Assembly (NCBI GenBank): GCA_040905465.1
Contig: JBBDRK010000029.1
Location: 1 to 22,469, forward strand
DNA length: 22,469 bases
Direction: 5' to 3'
Origin: Trueperaceae bacterium
GTDB taxonomy: Bacteria > Deinococcota > Deinococci > Deinococcales > Trueperaceae
The position numbers were made by a program, and so were the translations under genes. Numbering within the stretch: the stretch's first letter is position 1; every line of letters starts with the position of its first letter. Shown piece by piece: positions 15,052 through 22,469 of the stretch. The notes beneath the pieces are model-generated. The model saw only the letters and a list, made by a program, of their open reading frames with translations, was not told the origin of the DNA and did not search any database.

Positions 15052-16620
15052 TCATTCGGGTTGGAGGATAGCGGTTTCTTCGGTAAGCGCATAGAAGTCG
15101 GTCATCGTCGCGACCGCCTCGTAGCCCAGGTCGACGTACGGTTGCCGGGCGAGAACCTTCATCACGGTAACGGTGGGGTAGACGGCAAGGTCCTCCAGCA
15201 GCTTCCTCTGGACCTCCGCCATGATTCTCTCGATCTCGTCGACGTCCGCGGTTGCGGCGGCCTGGTCGAGCAGGTCGGACACTCCGGTGTAGTGCGAGAA
15301 GTTCAGGCCCCCGTCCTCATGGAAGAACTGTGTGAGCACGGACAGCCCATCGAAGCCGCCCCCACCGAAGAGCGGCAGGGCGTTGGCGTCCTCGCCCTGG
15401 AGCTGGTGGAAGGTCGCGTGGTCTACGACACTGAGGTCGAGCTCGATATTTGCGTCGGCAAGCATGCTCTGTACCGCCTCGAGCTGCGGTCGGTAGTAGC
15501 TCGATTCGCTGGTCACCTGCTCGCCCAACGAGACTCCGTCAGGGTAACCCGCCTCGGCCAGCAGCTCCTGCGAACGCTCCAGGTCGTACTCGTAGGCCGG
15601 CACGCCTTCGTTGGTAGCGAACAGCCAGCCATCCTCGGGCAAAGGCGAGATCTGCGGCGGGCCGGCCATCAGTGCCGAGAGTGCTTCGCGGTTGATGGCA
15701 TGCGCGATCGCCTGCCTGACCAGGTGGTTGTCAACAGGCTCCCTGTTGAGGTTGAACATCAGCAGTCCCGTGAAACCGGGTCCCAGCAGGTCGACCGTTA
15801 TCCCGGAGCTCCTCATATCCTCGATCCAGAGCGGATCAGAGTTTCCGAATGCCATGTGCAGTTCGCCCTGCTGAAGCGCGAGATTTCGCGCAGAGAGGCT
15901 GGGCACGTACTTGAACTCGATCCGCTCGAGGACAGGCTCACCCTCGTAATACTCGTCGTTGGCCACGAGCACGACTTCGTCCTGTGAACTGTAGCTCTCG
16001 AACATGAACGGGCCACTGCCGATCGGATTGGCGGCAAACTCGTCGTCACCCATTCCCTCGACGGCAGCTTGGGGCACGATTACCTGCCCATCTCGCTGGC
16101 TGGCGAGTTTGATGTCGTAGAGGGGATCGGCGGTGCTCAAGGTAACCTGCACGGTCATGTCGTCGATGGCTTCGACCGACTCGATCCTCTGCCACACGGG
16201 CGAGGCCAGGACCGAGGAGCGCTCCGGGTCCAAGGCCCGCTCGAACGAATAGACGACGTCCTGGGCGCTAAGCATGCCGTTATCCCTGTGCCACTGGACG
16301 TCGGGGCTCAGATGAAAGGTCCACACGGCACCGTCTTCAGAGCTCTCCCAACGTTCCGCCAGGCCGGGCGCCACACCCGATGCTACGTTGCCCGGCTCGT
16401 TGTACTGCAGCAACCCTTCGAAGATCGCGTACTTGATTGGCGAGTCGGGAAGAAGCAGAGTCGCGTGCGGATCGAGCGTGCCGATGTCGGACGCATTCAG
16501 ACCCACGCGCAGGACCTGCTCTTCTGCCAGGTTCTCCTGTGCCACTGCGAAGGTGGTGAGGATGATTAGCGCAGCCGCCAACAAGGCGGGCGCTGCACGT
16601 AAGACTCGATGTAGATTCAT
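15052..16620 (-). CDS. ABC transporter substrate-binding protein, family 5 (peptide/nickel)
   Basis: Sec signal peptide (MNLHRVLR...FAVA-QE), TLDPH, PGLAERWE, PIGSGPFMF, VRQAIAHAINR; AGAGGT RBS. Confidence 0.93.
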   Translation of the reverse strand: MNLHRVLRAAPALLAAALIILTTFAVAQENLAEEQVLRVGLNASDIGTLDPHATLLLPDSPIKYAIFEGLLQYNEPGNVASGVAPGLAERWESSEDGAVWTFHLSPDVQWHRDNGMLSAQDVVYSFERALDPERSSVLASPVWQRIESVEAIDDMTVQVTLSTADPLYDIKLASQRDGQVIVPQAAVEGMGDDEFAANPIGSGPFMFESYSSQDEVVLVANDEYYEGEPVLERIEFKYVPSLSARNLALQQGELHMAFGNSDPLWIEDMRSSGITVDLLGPGFTGLLMFNLNREPVDNHLVRQAIAHAINREALSALMAGPPQISPLPEDGWLFATNEGVPAYEYDLERSQELLAEAGYPDGVSLGEQVTSESSYYRPQLEAVQSMLADANIELDLSVVDHATFHQLQGEDANALPLFGGGGFDGLSVLTQFFHEDGGLNFSHYTGVSDLLDQAAATADVDEIERIMAEVQRKLLEDLAVYPTVTVMKVLARQPYVDLGYEAVATMTDFYALTEETAILQPE

Positions 16621-16882
16621 TTCTACCTCTATTCCGCTAGCGCTTTTTCCCAAGACTCGTTTTCGGTTTCGACTTCAGGCAATCGCTAATGGCCGTTCGG
16701 GATCCGTCAACGAGAGGGCATCGGGGTCGCGGCTTACGACGGATACAGCGTCGAGCTGGACGTCAGACTCGAGCTGGAGCGAAATCAACTCCTGCAGTAC
16801 ATGGGCGCGGCTCCTTCCGGTTCTGCCCGGTGCCCCTGTGGCCACCGAGAAGCAAGCAGCGAGTAGCTATGTGACGCCTTTG

Positions 16883-16919
16883 AAGATAGCAAGGAATTTT
16901 CGTTTTGGCAAGTGAAACG
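16883..16919 (-). promoter_or_regulatory. Promoter of the SBP-creatininase-iclR operon (TTGCCA-17-TATCTT) with an overlapping pseudo-palindromic operator
   Basis: Minus strand reads TTGCCA aaacgaaaattccttgc TATCTT. Inverted repeat CGTTTTGGCAAGTGAAACG at 16901-16919. Confidence 0.65.
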
Positions 16920-17058
16920 CAGCGATAAGTATCAGGATCGGCGTTATTGGTGTCCGCCGGACACCGATTCTTGTGTTCTACACCCGGCTTCTATCTCTCT
17001 GTCCACCTTTCCCACTACGCCGTTATCTCATCACTACCGGCCAAAGTTGCCGAACAGA

Positions 17059-17098
17059 TTCCACTGGTCAAAACGGCTCCAATTATCTCTGCTATAGT
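17059..17098 (+). promoter_or_regulatory. Extended -10 promoter (TGcTATAGT), leaderless, with a second operator copy upstream
   Basis: TATAGT 17093-17098 lies 6 nt before ATG 17105. TTCCACTGGTCAAAACG at 17059-17075 resembles the reverse complement of 16901-16917. Confidence 0.65.
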
Positions 17099-17104
17099 TA
17101 TTTC

Positions 17105-18460
17105 ATGCAACAAGCTCAACCCACTAGAGTCAAGGAGTTCCCGGAATCACGGCGCATGTTCGAGCGGGCCAAGAGGGCGCTGGCGGGTGGCGTGAGCAGT
17201 CAGTTCCGTGCAATGTCGGCGCCCCACCCGATGTACTACGAGCGGGCACTGGGGAGCCGAGTGTGGGACGTCGATGGCAACGAACTCCTCGACTTCACCC
17301 TGTCGCAGGGTCCCTGCATACTCGGTCACTCCCACCCGGAACTGCTGAAGCGCGTTACCGCAGCAATCGAACTAGGTCAGCTGTTCGCCGGCCAGTTCGA
17401 GGAGGAGGTGCTGCTCGCGGAGACGTTGCAGCGGCTAATTCCCTCTGCCCAACGGATCCGCTTCAGCTCCAGCGGCTCCGAGGCGAATCATGCGGCGCTG
17501 CGCTTGGCTCGCTACGTCACCGGCAAACCCAAGTTCATCAAGTTCGAAGGGCACTACCACGGTTGGTTCGACAACGTCGCGTTCGGAATCAATCCGAAAC
17601 GCGAGCAACTCGGGGTTAGTGAAGACCCGAACACCATCGCCTGGGGCGGCGGCATACCAGATGAACTGGCCGACCAGGTGGTGGTGCTCCCCTGGAACGA
17701 CCTGACATTGGTCGAAGAGGCGCTGAGCAAACATCACTCCGAGATCGGCGCCATCATCACCGAACCGCTGATGTCGAACCAAGGCTGCATAGAACCGAGA
17801 CCGGGCTACCTCCAGGGACTGCGTGCGTTGTGCGACAGGTTCGATGTTGCGCTCATCTTCGACGAGATCATCACCGGATTTCGCCTTGACCTCGGTGGCG
17901 CCCAGACCCATTTCGGCGTCACGCCGGATCTCTCGGTCTTCGGCAAGGCACTCGCCTGCGGATTCCCCCTAAGCGCCCTGGTGGGCAAGGAGAGGTTCAT
18001 GTCCCCGCTGGAGCGCAACGAGGTCTATCACGGCGGCACCCTCAACGCCAATAACGCCTCGATCGCTGCCGCCCTGGCTACCGTGGACATCCTCGAACGT
18101 GACGACGCCAAGGCGCACCGTCACCTGGTCGAGCAGGGCAAGGAGCTTCGTGACCGACTGGGGACTTTAGGCCGCGACCTCGAGGTGCCGCTGCTCGTCC
18201 AGGGACCGGGCCCAATGTTCCACGTCGGTTTCACGGCGCGCAGCGAGGTGACCGAGTACCGCGACACTCTCGACTACGACACCGCGACTTACGGCAAGTT
18301 CGTCTCGTACATGCTGGCGCAGAACGTGCGGCTGATCGGGCGTGGGCTCTGGTACATCTCCTCCGCCCATACTGCGGAGGATGTCGACCTGTGCCTCAAA
18401 GCAGCGGAGAAGGCACTCTATACCATGATCGAGCGGCAGGAGGTTGAAAGAGTCGGGTAG
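17105..18460 (+). CDS. Class III PLP-dependent aminotransferase (glutamate-1-semialdehyde aminomutase-like paralogue)
   Basis: WDVDGNELLD, SSGSEAN, KFEGHYHG, LIFDEIITGFR, PLP lysine in FGKALACGFP, HGGTLN. The context is catabolic, so hemL is not assigned. Confidence 0.9.
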   Translation: MQQAQPTRVKEFPESRRMFERAKRALAGGVSSQFRAMSAPHPMYYERALGSRVWDVDGNELLDFTLSQGPCILGHSHPELLKRVTAAIELGQLFAGQFEEEVLLAETLQRLIPSAQRIRFSSSGSEANHAALRLARYVTGKPKFIKFEGHYHGWFDNVAFGINPKREQLGVSEDPNTIAWGGGIPDELADQVVVLPWNDLTLVEEALSKHHSEIGAIITEPLMSNQGCIEPRPGYLQGLRALCDRFDVALIFDEIITGFRLDLGGAQTHFGVTPDLSVFGKALACGFPLSALVGKERFMSPLERNEVYHGGTLNANNASIAAALATVDILERDDAKAHRHLVEQGKELRDRLGTLGRDLEVPLLVQGPGPMFHVGFTARSEVTEYRDTLDYDTATYGKFVSYMLAQNVRLIGRGLWYISSAHTAEDVDLCLKAAEKALYTMIERQEVERVG

Positions 18461-18470
18461 CGGGCGGTTG

Positions 18471-18512
18471 GAAGCTGGGATTCCGAAGCTGGGATCTGGA
18501 GCAGGGATTTCT
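18471..18512 (+). repeat. Three degenerate 13-14 bp tandem repeats
   Basis: GAAGCTGGGATTCC / GAAGCTGGGATCT / GGAGCAGGGATTT. Confidence 0.5.
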
Positions 18513-18603
18513 AACCAGGGCGATGCGAGGAATGGGCCCTCCGCCTCGGCTCCAGTTCCCCGACGCCGACACCTGTACCTGCAGAACTCATGAAAGGGCC
18601 GAC

Positions 18604-20094
18604 ATGACCGTCAAGCGCAAGGTTCTACTCGCCGGCTTCTACCACGAAACCCATACGTTCGTGGCCGAAAGCTCCGGTCTAGACGCGTTCGATCGACGGA
18701 TCGACGACGAGCTGCTCGCTTCGCGAGGCGACGACTCCCCGATGAGCGGAGTCCTCGAGGTGGCCGAGCGCTACGGCTGGCACGTCCTGCCGGCTATAGA
18801 TTTTCGCGGTGGAGCGAGCGGGATGGTCGAGGACCGGGTCTTCGAGACCTACCTCGAGCTGCTGCGGCCGCGTCTCGAACACGCCCTCGCCGGTGGCCTG
18901 GACGCTATCTACCTGGTGCTCCACGGCGCAATGACGGTGCGCTCGCACTTCGACGGTGAGGGGAGGCTGTTGGAGGCGATCCGTTGCGTGGAGGGGGCAA
19001 AGGAGGTTCCGATTTTCGGTGTCTACGATCTCCATGCCAACTTCACCGACCGGATGGCTAAGCACGCCGACTGCCTGGTGGCCTACCGCGAGAATCCGCA
19101 CATCGACGCTCGCGATGCGGCGGTGAGGGCGGCGGAACTGCTGCAGCGCTCGTTCGAATCCGGGCAGGTGCCCGCCATGACGGCGGCTCGACCCGAGGTG
19201 GTGTGGCCACCGACCGGTGTCGGCACCGCCGACGAACCGATGAAGACGCTGGAGCGGATGGCGCGGCGACTGGAGGAGGAAAACGACGACGTCTGGGGCG
19301 TCAACGTCAACGCGGGCTACTCGTTCGCCGACACGCCCGAAACGGGAGTGAGCTTCTCGATCGCAAGCACGGGGTCCGACGGTGAAAAGGTTCTCGAAGC
19401 GCTGGTCGCCAAAGCGGAGGAGCTGCGGGAGCTCGGCAACGTGGTCGACGAGCCGATCGATGAGGTGCTGCCGCGACTGAGGTCGAATCCGAACGGTCCC
19501 ATCCTGCTGGTCGAGCCTGCCGACAACATCGGCGGGGGTGCGCCCGGTGACGGCACCGGCGTGCTTCGCGCCTTCCTCCGCTACGGCACGGAGAACGCCG
19601 GGGTGATCATCGCGGACGCCCAAGCCGCCTCGCGCTTGCACGATCTTTCGCCCGGCGAGAGTGTCGAGCTGGAGATCGGCGGCAAGGGAAGCCGTATCGA
19701 CCCGGGGCCGGTGAAACTTTTGGTCGAACTCATCTCCACGAGCGATGGCCGGTTCACCCTGGAGGACCCCAACAGCCACCTGGCCGCCATGCGCGGTAGG
19801 AACATCGACATGGGTCCCTCTGCAGTAGTCCGCCACCGCGGAATCACCATCCTGGTGACGTCGAAGAAGACGCCGCCGTTCGACCTGGGGCAGTGGCGCA
19901 GCCAGGGCGTCGAGCCGAGCGCGCTGAGCTTCATCGGCGTGAAGGCCGCCGTTGCCCACCGCCGCGCCTACGACCATATCGCCGCCGAAAGCTACACGGT
20001 GGGCACGCCCGGGCCGTGTTCCAGCGACCTGCGCAGCCTGCCGTTCGTTCACATTCGCCGTCCGATCTACCCCCTCGATCCGGACGTGCCGTGA
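18604..20094 (+). CDS. M81-family metallopeptidase (MlrC-like)
   Basis: HETHTF, LVLHGAM, YDLHAN, YRENPHID, ADNIGGGAPGD, IGVKAAVAHR, IRRPIYPLD. Confidence 0.92.
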   Translation: MTVKRKVLLAGFYHETHTFVAESSGLDAFDRRIDDELLASRGDDSPMSGVLEVAERYGWHVLPAIDFRGGASGMVEDRVFETYLELLRPRLEHALAGGLDAIYLVLHGAMTVRSHFDGEGRLLEAIRCVEGAKEVPIFGVYDLHANFTDRMAKHADCLVAYRENPHIDARDAAVRAAELLQRSFESGQVPAMTAARPEVVWPPTGVGTADEPMKTLERMARRLEEENDDVWGVNVNAGYSFADTPETGVSFSIASTGSDGEKVLEALVAKAEELRELGNVVDEPIDEVLPRLRSNPNGPILLVEPADNIGGGAPGDGTGVLRAFLRYGTENAGVIIADAQAASRLHDLSPGESVELEIGGKGSRIDPGPVKLLVELISTSDGRFTLEDPNSHLAAMRGRNIDMGPSAVVRHRGITILVTSKKTPPFDLGQWRSQGVEPSALSFIGVKAAVAHRRAYDHIAAESYTVGTPGPCSSDLRSLPFVHIRRPIYPLDPDVP

Positions 20095-20151
20095 AGGCGG
20101 CAGGCGCGGCAAAGCTGTACCGCCCCTCACCCTGGGAGTGGGGTTCGTAGA

Positions 20152-21099
20152 GTGTCCCGCGTCGACTACATTGTCCGGAGGCTGCTTCTCGCGATCCCAA
20201 CCGTACTGGTCATCGTGACGCTCCTGTTCTTCATCGTCCGGGTGATTCCAGGCGACGCCGCTGTCGCCGCGCTGGGCGAGAACGCAACCGAGGAAGCGCT
20301 TGCCGCTCTACGGGGTCAGTACGGTCTCGACCGTCCGCTTGCCGTGCAGTATTTCGACTACATGGGAGGTCTCTTGACGGGCGATCTGGGAGTGTCACTC
20401 GCTACCCGACGTCCGGTGGGCACCCTGCTTGCCGCTAACTACGTGTACACCCTCGACCTCATGCTCGGGAGTCTGGTCGTCGCGATCCTGCTCGGCGTTC
20501 CCTCCGGCATTTACACGGCGGTGAACAGGGGGCGTATTTCGGACGGTGCGGTGCGCATTCTGTCGCTGCTAGGCATTTCGACCCCGCCGTTCTATCTTGG
20601 TGTGCTGCTGCTCCTGTTGTTCTCCGTGCAACTAGGCTGGTTCCCGGTCCTCGGTGCCGGTAAGCTATCGGATCCGCTGCAGCGCCTGCACTACCTGATT
20701 CTGCCTTCGATAACGGGAGGCATCGGTATAGCCTCCTACCTCACGCGGGTTACCAGATCGTCGATGCTCAACGTATTGGGGGAGGACTATTTGCGGACGG
20801 CGGTCTCGAAGGGAGTGCGCCCCCGTGTCATCACCTACAAGCACGCACTGCGCAACGCGCTGATACCCGTCGTTACCGTTATCGGCATCTACGTGACGGT
20901 ATTGATCGGTAATGCCGTGTTGATCGAGATCGTGTTCAGCAGGCCGGGCTATGGACGACTATTGGTGGGAGCGGTCCTTGCACGTGATTACTACATCGTC
21001 CAGTCGGTAATGGCTGTCTTCGCGATCGTGGTGGTGGTGGTAAACCTGCTGGTCGACCTCGCGTACGTCTTCATCGATCCGCGGGTGCGCTATGCCTAG
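20152..21099 (+). CDS. ABC transporter permease (DppB/OppB-like)
   Basis: IVRRLL...PGD, YGLDRPL, GDLGVS, EAA loop (YLRTAVSKG...KHALRNA), DPRVR. Confidence 0.93.
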   Translation: MSRVDYIVRRLLLAIPTVLVIVTLLFFIVRVIPGDAAVAALGENATEEALAALRGQYGLDRPLAVQYFDYMGGLLTGDLGVSLATRRPVGTLLAANYVYTLDLMLGSLVVAILLGVPSGIYTAVNRGRISDGAVRILSLLGISTPPFYLGVLLLLLFSVQLGWFPVLGAGKLSDPLQRLHYLILPSITGGIGIASYLTRVTRSSMLNVLGEDYLRTAVSKGVRPRVITYKHALRNALIPVVTVIGIYVTVLIGNAVLIEIVFSRPGYGRLLVGAVLARDYYIVQSVMAVFAIVVVVVNLLVDLAYVFIDPRVRYA

Positions 21100-21165
21100 G
21101 TTCTCGTGGGTGTTCGCTGCGGCCGGAGGAACAACAACTATCTCTGCCTCGGAAGGATTGGGCAG

Positions 21166-22044
21166 GTGACTACTGCCACTGCCCAGTCGGCAACCAGCGG
21201 TACCGGGCCCAGACGAAAGGGGCCGGCCGCCAAGCTGCTGCGGAACAACTTGGCACGGATCGGACTCTGCGGCATTAGTTTCATGGTGCTGGTCGCGATC
21301 TTCGGTCCTATGGTGATGCCGAACGATCCGTTCGACCAGAATCTATTCAACCGTCTGCAGCCACCCTCGGGCGAGTTCCTACTGGGTACCGACCAGTACG
21401 GCCGCGATGTCCTGAGCCGGGTGATCATGGGGACGCGCTACTCGATACTCATCGGCTTCACGGCCGCGGCGTCCGCCTTCATCCTTGGTACGGCGCTCGG
21501 CATCTTCTCTGGCTATCTGGGGGGTCGAGCAGATCAGCTCATGGTCGAAGCCGTGAACATAATGATGGTATTTCCCGGTATCCTGCTTGGAATCCTGATA
21601 GTTGCGGTGCTGGGTTCGAGCTTCGTGAACCTGATCGTCACCATAACGTTCATTCTCGTCCCGCGATTCATACGGGTCAGCCGGGGCTTGGCGATCTCGC
21701 TAAAGGAGAGGGACTTCGTGATGGCTGCACAGGCGCTGGGACAAAACAGGGCACGAGTGATGGCCAAGCACATCCTGCCGAACCTCGTTTCAGAAGTGTT
21801 GGTAATGGCAACTCTCTGGACCTCGACGGCAATCCTGGCCGAGGCGGGTCTGAGCTTCCTGGGCCTTGGGATTCAGCCGCCATTGCCGAGCTGGGGCGGC
21901 ATGATCAGAGACGGTATCGATATCATTCAGCGAGCGCCCTGGCTCTCGGTCTACCCGGGACTTGCCATCCTCGTCACGGTACTCAGCCTGAACCTCGTTG
22001 GCGACGGGGTAAGGGACGCGATCGATCCACGGATCAGTAACTGA
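21166..22044 (+). CDS. ABC transporter permease (DppC/OppC-like); start uncertain
   Basis: LGTDQYGRDVLSR, FVMAAQALG...KHILPN, LSFLGLG...PSWG, GDGVRDAIDPR. Confidence 0.92.
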   Translation: MTTATAQSATSGTGPRRKGPAAKLLRNNLARIGLCGISFMVLVAIFGPMVMPNDPFDQNLFNRLQPPSGEFLLGTDQYGRDVLSRVIMGTRYSILIGFTAAASAFILGTALGIFSGYLGGRADQLMVEAVNIMMVFPGILLGILIVAVLGSSFVNLIVTITFILVPRFIRVSRGLAISLKERDFVMAAQALGQNRARVMAKHILPNLVSEVLVMATLWTSTAILAEAGLSFLGLGIQPPLPSWGGMIRDGIDIIQRAPWLSVYPGLAILVTVLSLNLVGDGVRDAIDPRISN

Positions 22045-22152
22045 GCGGCTGATCCGAAGTCACCAGGGTTCGGCTGCAGACTTGCCCGGTGAGTGCGACA
22101 GGTTGCTTTGCGAGGAGCGGTTGAGATTCGCTCGGCTGCGCCCCCGTGCTTC

Positions 22153-22467
22153 TCAGGAGATCTCGACGATGAATTCGATCTCCACCGGGATGTTGAACGG
22201 CAGCACGCTGGTCCCGAGCGCGCTGCGGGCATGACGACCCTTGTCGCCGAATACGTCGACCAGGAAGTCGGAGGCGCCATTGATTACGAACGGCTGCCGG
22301 TGAAACCCGGGAGCACTGGCTACGAATCCGAGCAGTTTCACTACCTGTTGGATGCGATCGAGGTCGCCCAACGCTCCCTGCAGGGCACCAAGCGCATTGA
22401 TGGCGCAGATCCGGGCCGCGTCGTAGCCTTCCTCCTCCGAGACGTCGCCGCCCACGGCGCCCTGATA
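22153..22467 (-). CDS. Rid (YjgF/YER057c/UK114) family protein; 5' end outside the window
   Basis: YQGAVGGDVSEEEGYDAARICAIN...VKLLGFVASAPGF..QPFVINGASD...HARSALG...LPFNIPVEIE. Confidence 0.9.
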   Translation of the reverse strand, partial: YQGAVGGDVSEEEGYDAARICAINALGALQGALGDLDRIQQVVKLLGFVASAPGFHRQPFVINGASDFLVDVFGDKGRHARSALGTSVLPFNIPVEIEFIVEIS

Positions 22468-22469
22468 TA

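Noticed and set aside
16946-16968. Hairpin GGTGTCC-GCC-GGACACC between the divergent promoters
   Set aside because: An isolated short inverted repeat outside both predicted transcripts; no function can be supported.
17105-18460. hemL assignment
   Set aside because: The N-terminal motif is divergent (GGVSSQFRA), no tetrapyrrole genes are nearby, and the context is a catabolic transport cluster.
18471-18512. CRISPR array
   Set aside because: The units are too short, adjacent without spacers, and no cas genes are present.
18604-20094. Microcystin degradation (mlr) cluster
   Set aside because: Only an MlrC-family member is present; the family is widespread and mlrA, mlrB and mlrD are not seen.

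Overview
GC-rich bacterial chromosomal window, most consistent with Deinococcota (Truepera/Deinococcus-like). That assignment is an inference from gene content and several apparent leaderless TANNNT-N5-7-ATG starts. Left to right: a partial OmpR-type response regulator and a tandem-SHOCT membrane protein; a PA0069/Rv2578c-type radical SAM gene with a 194-aa intein inside its CxxxCxxC motif and most of the homing endonuclease deleted; a RarA/MgsA AAA+ ATPase fused to a methyltransferase-like domain; an Rrf2 regulator; an ArsR-SRPBCC-DHFR-like-YciI cluster; aroF-tyrA behind a candidate Tyr-containing leader peptide; an M20 amidohydrolase; an O-methyltransferase; a reversed DUF1902(HicB-like)-hicA pair; and a divergent catabolic island (IclR, creatininase, family-5 solute-binding protein, class III aminotransferase, MlrC/M81 peptidase, two permeases, Rid protein). 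The features least explained by this annotation are two intergenic, diverged copies of segments of nearby upstream genes (5405-5436 and 13368-13410), the aroF leader ORF, the decayed intein and a shared operator in the island's divergent promoters. No rRNA, tRNA, CRISPR array, integrase or transposase was recognised.
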